A DNA stretch of 36,250 bases from an uncultured Desulfobacterales bacterium (lineage in GTDB: Bacteria > Desulfobacterota > Desulfobacteria > Desulfobacterales > JAUVVS01), in the NCBI GenBank assembly GCA_964594355.1, contig CAZQOH010000001.1, positions 1-36,250 of the forward strand. Direction: 5' to 3'. The notes under the pieces were generated by a model. It was not told where the DNA came from. It did no database searches and worked only from the letters and a program-made list of their open reading frames with translations. The position numbers and the translations under genes were made by a program. Positions 1-9,021 of this stretch are shown here, piece by piece. Numbering within the stretch: position 1 is the stretch's first letter; each line of letters starts with the position of its first letter.

Positions 1-85
1 TTGTTTTGAATTTTGAACATTAGGATTTTGATATTGTTTCGGATTTCGGATTTCGATATTCGGATTTTCAAAAAGCGGGTGTAAT
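1..85. repeat. Partial (window-truncated) copy of the palindromic repeat family seen at 12.7 and 15.7 kb, including a TTTCGGA-type heptamer tract (37-71)
   Basis: gaattttgaacattaggatttt..gtttcggatttcgg (8-45) resembles gaattttggtcattcgaatttgtttcggatttcg at 15749-15781. Heptamers tttcgga tttcgga tttcgat attcgga ttttcaa occupy 37-71. Confidence 0.55.
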
Positions 86-138
86 ATTGCAATATTTTAA
101 ATTGCCAAAATAAAACTTAAAACTTTTAAGACACTGTA

Positions 139-2376
139 CTATGAATAATCAAATGTCACTTTATCTTTTTTTAAATCAACGAAAACCTTGCCTCCCTTTT
201 CAAGTCGGCCAAAAAGAATTTGATCTGAGAGTAAATCCTTGATTTCCGTTTGTATTAGCCTATCAAGCGGTCTTGCACCGTAACGCGGATCATGGCCTCT
301 TTTTGCCAGCCATCTTCGCACTGTGGAAGAGAAGGCAAGGAAAACCTTTTTAGCATCAAGCTGTTCTTTAAGCTCCGCCATAAACTTGTCCGTTATCTTT
401 TCCATTATTTCAACATTCAGGGAGTTGAAATTAATAATGCCGTCAAGGCGATTTCTGAATTCAGGGTTGAAAAACTTTTCAATAGCCTTTTTCCCTTTGC
501 CTTCAGTATCATATTGGTCATCACCAAAGCCGATTGTCTGAGTGCTCATTTCTCTTGTTCCGGCATTTGAAGTCATTATAATAATAACATTTCTAAAATC
601 CGCCTTTTTCCCATTATTATCGGTCAGGGTTGCATGATCCATAACCTGGAGCAAGATATTGAACAGATCCAGATGAGCTTTTTCTAGTTCATCAAAAAGA
701 AGCACACTGTATGGATTCTTTCTGATGCCTTCCGTAAGAAGTCCTCCTTGATCAAAACCGATATAGCCGGGAGGTGCACCTATGAGACGCGCCACAGCAT
801 GCTTTTCCATATATTCACTCATATCAAAACGGATAAACTGAACACCGAGATTCGATGAAACCTGCTTGGCTACTTCTGTCTTCCCAACACCGGTAGGACC
901 TGTAAACAGAAACGAACCTATCGGCTTTTCCGGTGTTCCAAGACCGGCACGAGATCGCTTTATAGATGTGACGAGGGATTTAATGGCGTCGTCCTGTCCG
1001 AAAACCATTTCTTTTATACTTTCTTCAAGACCCTCCAATCTTGTTTTATCAGATATTGATACACTTCTAGTCGGTATTTTGGCCATCTTTGCTACTATTT
1101 TTTCTATATCCGAGGGGTGTATCTTTTTTCTTCTGGAAGAACCTGAAAGTCTGACAAAAGCTCCTGCCTCATCTATCACATCTATGGCCTTATCAGGAAG
1201 ATAGCGATCATTGATATATTTATCCGATAGTTCAGCAGCAGTTTTAAGTGCAGGGTCTGTAAAAACAATGCCGTGATGCTCTTCATACCGGGATCTAATC
1301 CCTTTTAATATTTTATAAGATTCTAAAGCATTCGGTTCTGTAATTTCGATCTTCTCAAAGCGGCGCGATAAGGCACGATCTTTTTCAAAATGATTCTTGT
1401 ATTCTTCATGGGTGGTAGATCCGATACAGCGAATATAACCTGTTGAAAGGGCAGGTTTCAATATATTTGATGCATCCATAGACCCGCTGCTTGTCGCTCC
1501 AGCTCCTACAATCGTATGGATTTCATCAATAAATAATATTGCATCTTTCTTCTTTTTCAGAGCTGCAATAACCCCTTTTAAACGTTGCTCAAAATCTCCT
1601 CGGAATTTGGTACCGGCTAAAAGCGCCCCAAGATCAAGTGAAAAAATACAAATATCTTTAAGTATTTCAGGAACAGTTCCATCATGTATATTAATAGCCA
1701 ATCCCTCGGCCATCGCGGTTTTCCCCACACCGGGATCTCCAACAAAAACCGGATTATTTTTGCGTCTTCGACAAAGAACCTGCATTGTTCGTTCCATCTC
1801 AAGTTCACGACCGATTAGCGGATCCAGCTTTCCCTCGGCAGCAATTTTGACAAGGTCAATTGTGAAAACTTCAAGCGGATTTACCCTTTTCTTTTTCCTT
1901 TCGCTACCTGTTTTCGCAAATCCACCCGATCTTTCTTTAAAAGGGAGCCTGGAAGAGCCGTGTGAAATGTAGCTCAAAACATCAAGCCGGGTAATCCCTT
2001 CTGAACTCAGAAAAAACGCAGCGTGAGAATCTTTTTCCTCAAAAATGGATGCGAGCAAGTCACCAACGGCAACCTCATTTTTTTCAGCAGAACGAGCATG
2101 ATTAACTGCCCTCTGGATCACTCTTTGAAAACCGATGGTTTGCTGAAGCACATATTCGCTCCCCTCAGGAACCTTTTCTAAACGTTCATTGAAAAAATTC
2201 TCAAGAACGTTTTTAAAGTTTTGAATATTTCCCCCGCAGTTTTCGATAATCTCTGAGCCAGTGCTGTCGTGCAGTATGGCATATAGTACGTGTTCGATAC
2301 AGATATATTCATGGCGACTTTTTTGAGCTACGCTAACGGCAAAGCCCAATGTTGCACTTAGCTCTTTACTAATCAT
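139..2376 (-). CDS. clpA: ATP-dependent Clp protease ATP-binding subunit ClpA
   Basis: 745-aa ORF with an ATG start. It has an N-terminal Clp repeat region and two AAA+ modules with Walker A motifs GDPGVGKT and GPTGVGKTE. It starts 4 nt after the clpS stop, the canonical clpS-clpA pair. Confidence 0.93.
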   Translation of the reverse strand: MISKELSATLGFAVSVAQKSRHEYICIEHVLYAILHDSTGSEIIENCGGNIQNFKNVLENFFNERLEKVPEGSEYVLQQTIGFQRVIQRAVNHARSAEKNEVAVGDLLASIFEEKDSHAAFFLSSEGITRLDVLSYISHGSSRLPFKERSGGFAKTGSERKKKRVNPLEVFTIDLVKIAAEGKLDPLIGRELEMERTMQVLCRRRKNNPVFVGDPGVGKTAMAEGLAINIHDGTVPEILKDICIFSLDLGALLAGTKFRGDFEQRLKGVIAALKKKKDAILFIDEIHTIVGAGATSSGSMDASNILKPALSTGYIRCIGSTTHEEYKNHFEKDRALSRRFEKIEITEPNALESYKILKGIRSRYEEHHGIVFTDPALKTAAELSDKYINDRYLPDKAIDVIDEAGAFVRLSGSSRRKKIHPSDIEKIVAKMAKIPTRSVSISDKTRLEGLEESIKEMVFGQDDAIKSLVTSIKRSRAGLGTPEKPIGSFLFTGPTGVGKTEVAKQVSSNLGVQFIRFDMSEYMEKHAVARLIGAPPGYIGFDQGGLLTEGIRKNPYSVLLFDELEKAHLDLFNILLQVMDHATLTDNNGKKADFRNVIIIMTSNAGTREMSTQTIGFGDDQYDTEGKGKKAIEKFFNPEFRNRLDGIINFNSLNVEIMEKITDKFMAELKEQLDAKKVFLAFSSTVRRWLAKRGHDPRYGARPLDRLIQTEIKDLLSDQILFGRLEKGGKVFVDLKKDKVTFDYS

Positions 2377-2380
2377 TGTT

Positions 2381-2695
2381 CTACTCTTTCTCCATTGTGC
2401 ATTTTAAAGGAAAATTGTTTTCTTGGGCTAAAGCACGAACCTTGCCCACCTTGGATTCTGCTACTTCATATATATAAATACCACACATTCCAATCCCTTT
2501 TCTGTGGACATTCAACATAATATTTACTGCTTCTTCTGTCGATTTATTAAAAACAAAGATAAGTACTTCTACAACAAACTCCATTGTGGTATAATCATCA
2601 TTAAGAAGCAATACCTTATACATGGGAGGTTCGGTAACTTCATCTCGGGCTTTCGATTTTACTTTTTCTTTGGTTTCAGTTTTGGAATGGGTCAT
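2381..2695 (-). CDS. clpS: ATP-dependent Clp protease adaptor ClpS
   Basis: 104-aa ORF. The core [20 protein letters not shown]...VH..G is the ClpS signature, and it sits directly upstream of clpA. Confidence 0.9.
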   Translation of the reverse strand: MTHSKTETKEKVKSKARDEVTEPPMYKVLLLNDDYTTMEFVVEVLIFVFNKSTEEAVNIMLNVHRKGIGMCGIYIYEVAESKVGKVRALAQENNFPLKCTMEKE

Positions 2696-2766
2696 TTAAC
2701 TTAAAACCTAAAACTTGATATCTTGCATAATTATAAAGCTTTTTTAAATGAAAATCAACCCGCAAC

Positions 2767-5298
2767 TCATTTACCACAACATTTCTTATACTTTTTCCCG
2801 CTTCCGCAGGGGCAAGGGGCGTTTCTGCCTACCTTTTTTCCGGCTCTTTTAACCGGCTTTTTACCTGTTGTTTCGGCATCATCTCCACCGGAAAATACGA
2901 GTTTCTCTTCCTTTGGTTGCCTTAAATCATCGATCTTATCAGGTTCAGTAATCTGAATTCTGAACAAAATCCCAAGAGTCTCTTCTTTGACTCTGGAAAT
3001 CATATCCTGAAACATTTCAAAACCTTCTTTTTTATAAACAATCAATGGGTTCTGTTGAGCATAGCCTCTGAGACCTATTCCCTCTTTTAAGTGATCCATG
3101 CTAAGAAGGTGGTCCTTCCATAGATTGTCAACAGTTTGAAGCATCACAATGCGTTCCAGATTCCTGAATTCTTCTGCTCCTATCATACTCTCTTTTTCAT
3201 TATATACTTCTTTGACAGAATCAGATATCAGCCGGGCCAATCCGTCTTTGGTGAACCCGTCCAATGTATCATTATCGAAGGTACTCAGACGAAAATTAAA
3301 CTGTTTGAACACCGCCTCTTTAAGCCCTTTTATATCCCATTCTTCAGGGAGGGTTTTTTCATCGGCAAAAAATTCGGCGATCTCCTCAGCTTTTTCGCTG
3401 ATCATATCCTCAATAGATGTTTTTAGATCTTTTCCAGCCAGTGCTTCACGACGCTGTCTATATATAACCTCTCTTTGCTGGTTCATAACATCATCATATT
3501 CGAGAAGCTGTTTTCTAATATCAAAATTGTGTCCTTCAACCTTTCCCTGGGCATTTTCTATAGCCCTACTTATCATATTGTGTTGAATGGGCTCACCCTC
3601 TTCCATTCCCAGTTTCTCCATAATCCCTGTTATTCGTTCTCCTCCAAATATCCGCAGCAGGTCATCCTCCAGGGCAAGATAGAAACAGGATGATCCCGGA
3701 TCACCTTGTCGGCCTGATCGGCCCCTAAGCTGATTATCGATTCGCCGACTTTCATGTCTTTCGGTTCCTATTATGTGAAGTCCCCCTCTTTCAGTCACAC
3801 CATCACCAAGCACAATGTCTGTACCTCGACCGGCCATATTTGTAGAAATTGTCACAGCCCCTTCCTGGCCGGTCATTGCAATAATTTCAGCCTCTTTTTG
3901 ATGGTTTTTTGCATTCAGCACCGAATGTTTGATGCCCCTCTTTTTCAGTTTTCTACTAAGACTCTCTGAAACATCAATTGAAATTGTTCCAACCAAAACA
4001 GGTTGTCCTTTTCTATGCAATTCTTCTATCTCATTTAGAACTGCTTCATATTTTTCTCTTTTAGTCTTATATATAACATCCGAGTTGTCGTTCCTGATCA
4101 TGGGTTGGTCTGTTGGAATAACTATTACGTCAAGGTCATATATTTTTTTGAATTCAGCTGCTTCGGTATCGGCTGTACCGGTCATGCCGGCAAGCTTGTT
4201 ATACATTCGAAAATAGTTCTGAAAGGTAATAGTGGCAAGAGTCTGGTTTTCATTTTCTATCTTAACATTTTCCTTAGCTTCAAGAGCCTGGTGTAACCCC
4301 TCACTGTAACGGCGCCCAGGCATCAGGCGACCGGTAAATTCATCAACGATCGTAACATTCCCACTCTTGACAATATAGTCAACATCGCGTTTGAAAAGTG
4401 TATGCGCTTTGAGGGCCTGATTGATATGGTGTAGAAGTTCAATATATTTTGGATCGAATAAATTATCGACTTTCAATATGTTTTCAGCTTTTGCGACTCC
4501 TCCCTCGGTTAACACTGCCGTGCGCGCCTTTTCATCTATTGTAAAATCTTTGTCACGGACAAGATGTGGGATGATACTATTAACTTTATAGTATAAGTTG
4601 GTCGATTTTTCTGCAGGACCTGAAATTATTAGAGGGGTTCTTGCTTCATCAACTAATATACTATCAACCTCATCTACAATAGCAAAATTGAGCTCACCCT
4701 GGACAATTGAGTCTTTGTAAAACTTCATATTGTCCCTTAAATAATCAAAGCCGAATTCATTATTTGTTCCATATGTAATATCGGCACCGTACGCCTTGTT
4801 ACGCTCATCGTCGTCCAAGCCATGCAATATGGACCCAACAGAAATGCCAAGGAAATTATAAATATTTCCCATCCATTCTGTGTCACGTTTTGCAAGATAA
4901 TCATTCACCGTAATAATATGCACGCCCTTACCTTGTATTGCGTTCAAATATGCAGGAAGGGTAGCAGCCAGCGTCTTTCCTTCACCCGTCTTCATTTCAG
5001 CAATCTTGCCCTCATGAAGAACAATCCCGCCGATAAGCTGGACATCAAAATGCCGCATATTGAGAGTACGTATCGATGCTTCTCTTACCGTTGCAAAAGC
5101 TTCCGGGAGAATATCTTCAAGGGGTTCACCCTTTTCAAATCTTTCTTTAAATAAATGATTCTGAGCCTTAAGCTGTTCGTCGTTCATGGCTTGCATTTTT
5201 TGTTCCAGGCTATTTATGGCCTCAACGGCTGGTTGAAGCTTTTTCAATTCCCTTTCGTTTTTACTACCAAAAACTTTTGTTAAAAGATTAAATACCAT
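2767..5298 (-). CDS. secA: Preprotein translocase ATPase SecA
   Basis: 843-aa ORF. Motor motifs MKTGEGKTL and [19 protein letters not shown] are present, with the C-terminal zinc-binding tail [15 protein letters not shown]. Confidence 0.95.
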   Translation of the reverse strand: MVFNLLTKVFGSKNERELKKLQPAVEAINSLEQKMQAMNDEQLKAQNHLFKERFEKGEPLEDILPEAFATVREASIRTLNMRHFDVQLIGGIVLHEGKIAEMKTGEGKTLAATLPAYLNAIQGKGVHIITVNDYLAKRDTEWMGNIYNFLGISVGSILHGLDDDERNKAYGADITYGTNNEFGFDYLRDNMKFYKDSIVQGELNFAIVDEVDSILVDEARTPLIISGPAEKSTNLYYKVNSIIPHLVRDKDFTIDEKARTAVLTEGGVAKAENILKVDNLFDPKYIELLHHINQALKAHTLFKRDVDYIVKSGNVTIVDEFTGRLMPGRRYSEGLHQALEAKENVKIENENQTLATITFQNYFRMYNKLAGMTGTADTEAAEFKKIYDLDVIVIPTDQPMIRNDNSDVIYKTKREKYEAVLNEIEELHRKGQPVLVGTISIDVSESLSRKLKKRGIKHSVLNAKNHQKEAEIIAMTGQEGAVTISTNMAGRGTDIVLGDGVTERGGLHIIGTERHESRRIDNQLRGRSGRQGDPGSSCFYLALEDDLLRIFGGERITGIMEKLGMEEGEPIQHNMISRAIENAQGKVEGHNFDIRKQLLEYDDVMNQQREVIYRQRREALAGKDLKTSIEDMISEKAEEIAEFFADEKTLPEEWDIKGLKEAVFKQFNFRLSTFDNDTLDGFTKDGLARLISDSVKEVYNEKESMIGAEEFRNLERIVMLQTVDNLWKDHLLSMDHLKEGIGLRGYAQQNPLIVYKKEGFEMFQDMISRVKEETLGILFRIQITEPDKIDDLRQPKEEKLVFSGGDDAETTGKKPVKRAGKKVGRNAPCPCGSGKKYKKCCGK

Positions 5299-5400
5299 TT
5301 AAAACTTATCCCCCTGATTCAAAATTAAATTAAACAATTTAGCCGTCCTTCATTTTTAGTTTACACTTCTTATTATAAGTTAACAGTTTTCAGTGATTTA

Positions 5401-5580
5401 TTCCCTTATCGTAATCATAATCATACTCTTAATCGTAATCAAGCTGATTATGATTAGGATTACGAAGAGGAGTTTGTAAAAAAATTGTAATCTATTTTAT
5501 GGACTTTATGAAAGATGCCCAAATTTAAAATAAATTACCTGAATTTCTGCTGAGATTCAAATAAGAGTATGATAAGGGAA
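5401..5580. repeat. Nested inverted repeats in the M23-peptidase/secA intergenic region
   Basis: ttcccttatc + catactctt (5401-5410 and 5422-5430, split by an 11-nt insert) is the reverse complement of aagagtatgataagggaa (5563-5580). The inner hairpin is ctctt..cgtaatc (5426-5440) with gattacgaagag (5458-5469). A CRTAAT-like hexamer periodicity runs over 5411-5446. Confidence 0.6.
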
Positions 5581-5618
5581 AGAAGAGAGGAAAAACAAGA
5601 ATGCAAATTTACGACAAT

Positions 5619-6545
5619 TTAGTTAAGTATGTATTTAGTAGGATTTACCTGAACACCGTTAAGACGAACCTCATAATGGAGATGGGGCCCTGTGCTTCGC
5701 CCGGTATTACCCATCAAAGCAATTGTGTCCCCTCTTTTTACCGCCTCACCTTGCTTTTTCATTGCCTTTCTTATATGGCCGTAGCGGGTAACCATTCCAT
5801 GGCCGTGATCAATCGTGATCATTTTGCCAAGCAATCCTTTTTTCCCAACAAATGCAACAACACCATCAGCCGGAACGATAATGGGTGTCCCTTTACGATT
5901 AGCAATATCCAATCCTTTATGAAACTCACGTCTGCCGGTAAATGGGGATATGCGGTATCCGAATCTGGATGATATCCAGCCTCTCGCCGGTCGGATTGTA
6001 GGAGTACAGGCCAGAAGGTTCCGTTGATCTTCAAGATATTTCAAGAGGGATTCAAACCCTTCTTTCTGATTCTTCGATGCCAGACTAAGTTGTTTAACCT
6101 GTTCGTGCATTTCGCGAACAAGGCTATTATGTTTTTTTGTAAGTTGAACTTTTGTATCAAGATCTTCAGGTCTGGAACCACCTATACCAAAAAGACTCTT
6201 CTCTTCATTAGTTTTTTCAGTATTCGCGACAATTCGTATCTTTTTCTCAAAATCATTTAATACCAACAGCTTTGATTTTAGCATATTGATTTCGCTTGCA
6301 AACTTTTGAATCTGCTTGCGTTGGTCGGCGATCTCTTCTTGTTGATATGAAATTTTCTTTTGAAGGTTGTTGCTATCTACTTTAGTTTGTTGAAAATTAT
6401 TGTAATCGTAGATAATAAAACCGATAAATATCAGACACGAAACAAGAAAAAGGCTTAAAATACGTAAAAATACCTTAGAAACAGTAACTTGTTTAATTGA
6501 AGATCTTGTACTGCCTAATACAAAAAAAGTGATTTTCTTTCGCAT
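5619..6545 (-). CDS. M23/LytM family metallopeptidase with N-terminal membrane anchor and coiled coil
   Basis: The track start at 6554 is TTG and the first ATG is at 6545 (MRKKITFF...). A hydrophobic helix is followed by a long charged coiled-coil-like stretch. C-terminal M23 motifs are HKGLDIA, DHGHGMVTRYGH and GPHLHYEVR. Confidence 0.8.
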   Translation of the reverse strand: MRKKITFFVLGSTRSSIKQVTVSKVFLRILSLFLVSCLIFIGFIIYDYNNFQQTKVDSNNLQKKISYQQEEIADQRKQIQKFASEINMLKSKLLVLNDFEKKIRIVANTEKTNEEKSLFGIGGSRPEDLDTKVQLTKKHNSLVREMHEQVKQLSLASKNQKEGFESLLKYLEDQRNLLACTPTIRPARGWISSRFGYRISPFTGRREFHKGLDIANRKGTPIIVPADGVVAFVGKKGLLGKMITIDHGHGMVTRYGHIRKAMKKQGEAVKRGDTIALMGNTGRSTGPHLHYEVRLNGVQVNPTKYILN

Positions 6546-6784
6546 AAAATTCAACTAATCGTTACGTTATGGATTCGACATTTTATATTATTGCCAGGGA
6601 TATTTTCAGTTTAAGCAACTATATCAATATTCTACATAATTAAGGCAGGCAAATACAAAATTTTTTTTAAAATATCATAAATTATATGAGGCTGTCAAGT
6701 AGTGAATACTATTATTTGTTTAGAAACGAAAATCCATCACTCTTTTTTAAAACTTTCCTTACCCCATTAATCGAATACCTATTT

Positions 6785-7693
6785 CTATGCAATTCCTAAT
6801 TTGAACTTCAATGATTTAAGGGTATTTTTCATAAGCATGGTGATGGTCATGGGACCAACGCCCCCTGGTACGGGTGTAATAAATCCTGCAATCTCCTTTG
6901 CTTTATCAAAATCTACGTCACCCTTTAAAATTGCAATCTTTTTTCCAGTCTTTTCACTGATTTTCTCTCCCACCCTGTTGACTCCAACATCAATTACGCA
7001 TGCACCAGACTTTATCCACTCAGGTTTTACAAGATCGGGAACACCGGCCGCAACGACCAGAATATCTGCGCGTTTACAATGCGAGGCCAAGTCTTTTGTT
7101 CGTGTATGAACAACGGTCACGGTTGAATTTGCACCATCCGCTTTTTGAAGCATCATGTTTGCTATTGGTTTTCCCACTATATTGGAACGACCTACAACAA
7201 CCACTTCAGCTCCGCTTGTATCAATACCTGAACGGACTATCAATTCCTGTATCCCTGCAGGTGTACATGGGGGAAACTTCACTTCAGCTCCTCCAATCAT
7301 AAGGCGTCCAACATTTACAGGGTGAAATCCATCTACATCCTTGTCTGGATCTATGGCATTTAGAACTTTTTTTTCATCAATATGTTTTGGAAGCGGCAGC
7401 TGAACAAGGATACCATGGATTGAATCATCCTTGTTATATTTATCAATAAGGGCCAAAAGATCTTCCTCAGACATATCTTCCGACTGGCTGTCCTGAATCT
7501 CATGGAAACCAAGCCGGTTGGCGGTTTTTATCTTCAGGGTCACGTACGATATGGAAGCAGGATTTTCACCCACCAAAATAGTTACAAGTCCTGGAACAAT
7601 ACCATGTTTTTCTTTTATCTCATTTACTTCGGCTGAAATTTCTTCAAGAATTCCCTCGCGAACTTCTGTTCCTTTTATTAACTTTGCTGACAT
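6785..7693 (-). CDS. folD: Bifunctional 5,10-methylenetetrahydrofolate dehydrogenase / methenyl-THF cyclohydrolase
   Basis: 302-aa ORF with typical FolD blocks: SISYVTLKIK, HGILVQLPLPKHID and VVVGRSNIVGKP. Confidence 0.92.
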   Translation of the reverse strand: MSAKLIKGTEVREGILEEISAEVNEIKEKHGIVPGLVTILVGENPASISYVTLKIKTANRLGFHEIQDSQSEDMSEEDLLALIDKYNKDDSIHGILVQLPLPKHIDEKKVLNAIDPDKDVDGFHPVNVGRLMIGGAEVKFPPCTPAGIQELIVRSGIDTSGAEVVVVGRSNIVGKPIANMMLQKADGANSTVTVVHTRTKDLASHCKRADILVVAAGVPDLVKPEWIKSGACVIDVGVNRVGEKISEKTGKKIAILKGDVDFDKAKEIAGFITPVPGGVGPMTITMLMKNTLKSLKFKLGIA

Positions 7694-7783
7694 TTTTAAT
7701 CTCCTTTTTTAATTAAATATACTTTTAATAATAACTTTTGCTCTTTATTCTAAATAAAATTGATTGTCAAGAAAACACATTCC

Positions 7784-7811
7784 AGTTTCAAGTTTCGAGT
7801 TTCAAGTTTCA
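7784..7811. repeat. Heptanucleotide tract (AGTTTCR) x4
   Basis: agtttca agtttcg agtttca agtttca, ending 7 nt from the argC stop codon (7819-7821). Confidence 0.88.
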
Positions 7812-7818
7812 AAATGAA

Positions 7819-8844
7819 TTACCTTTTCCAAAGTCCTGTTTTTTCGTCAAACCCAAGCATGATATTCATATTCTGAACAGCCTGACCTGCAGCGCCCTTC
7901 ACAAGGTTATCTATTGCAGATATAAGAATAATCCGATCGTTTCGTGTATCTATCTTAAAACCTATATCACAATAATTGGTCCCCCGGACATGTAAGGTGT
8001 CAGGCAGCCCGCTATTTGAACAAATGCGTATGAAATGACATCCATCATAGAATGAGGTAATTAAATCTTTTATTTCATCATGGTCAACCCTTTTGATAAT
8101 CCGCGAATAAATCGTTGTCAGCATTCCACGGGTCATTGGAACAAGATGTGGCACGAATGTAATGTTGATAGACTTTCCTGATTCGAGGCTCATCACCTCT
8201 TCCATCTCTGGAGTATGGCGGTGTTCGGCAACTTTATATGCCTTAAAAGATTCATTAACCTCACAAAAATGCGTTGTAAGTGAAATAGACCTGCCTGCAC
8301 CGCTGACACCCGATTTTGAATCCACAATTATAGTGTTTGTATCTATCAAATCATTCTTTAATAGAGGTATGATAGGTAAAAGTACGCTTGTGGGATAGCA
8401 TCCAGGATTACCTATCAAGACGGCTTCTTTTATTTTGTCGTGATATACTTCACAAAGACCGTAAACTGCTTTTCCAAGTAAATCTTTAGCTGTATGGAGC
8501 TGGTAAACAGACTCATATCTTGATGCATCCTTGAACCTGAAATCAGCGGAAAGGTCTACCACCTTCTTTCCCCGTCGTATAAGTTCGGGAACAATCTCCA
8601 TGGGGAGCTTATGAGGAAGCGCCGTGAATATCACATCGGCCCTGTCACAAACTGTGTTTACAGAAAATTCTTCACAAACCATGTCAACAACGCCTGCCAT
8701 GGAAGGGTATATCGTCTCAAACTTCACGCCGGCATACTGGCGGGAAGTCAGAATTGTAAGCTCTGTTTCAGGATGACCGGAAAGTATCCGAACAAGTTCC
8801 GCACCGGCATATCCTGTTGCTCCTACTACACCGACTCTGGTCAT
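7819..8844 (-). CDS. argC: N-acetyl-gamma-glutamyl-phosphate reductase
   Basis: Has the Rossmann motif VGATGYAGAEL and the catalytic Cys block GNPGCYPTS. The track start at 8874 is TTG. The ATG at 8844 is preceded by GAAGGAGGAGGAGG plus 4 nt, so I prefer it. Confidence 0.9.
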   Translation of the reverse strand: MTRVGVVGATGYAGAELVRILSGHPETELTILTSRQYAGVKFETIYPSMAGVVDMVCEEFSVNTVCDRADVIFTALPHKLPMEIVPELIRRGKKVVDLSADFRFKDASRYESVYQLHTAKDLLGKAVYGLCEVYHDKIKEAVLIGNPGCYPTSVLLPIIPLLKNDLIDTNTIIVDSKSGVSGAGRSISLTTHFCEVNESFKAYKVAEHRHTPEMEEVMSLESGKSINITFVPHLVPMTRGMLTTIYSRIIKRVDHDEIKDLITSFYDGCHFIRICSNSGLPDTLHVRGTNYCDIGFKIDTRNDRIILISAIDNLVKGAAGQAVQNMNIMLGFDEKTGLWKR

Positions 8845-8859
8845 AAAACCTCCTCCTCC

Positions 8860-8892
8860 TTCAGATATCGTCAAATAGTTGAGTGGTTAAGT
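8860..8892. repeat. Solo copy of the 25.6-kb element arm, directly upstream of the argC ribosome-binding site
   Basis: tagttgagtggttaagt (8876-8892) is identical to 25642-25658. The reverse complement of 8860-8885 (cactcaactatttgacgatatctgaa) matches 25768-25793 with one mismatch. Confidence 0.8.
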
Positions 8893-9021
8893 AAAAAGAT
8901 TAATCATTAAAGAATCCCCCGCAAAACGAGATGTTCGATGTTCAAATTGTTGCATCTGAAATTGTCTAAAATTAACTCGCTGGAGACGTACCACAATTTT
9001 AGGCATTTTTAGGTTATCCTG

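Noticed and set aside
8845-8874. Ten-codon N-terminal extension of argC (TTG start, MTISEGGGGF)
   Set aside because: The GGGG codons are really the GGAGGAGGAGG Shine-Dalgarno sequence for the ATG at 8844.
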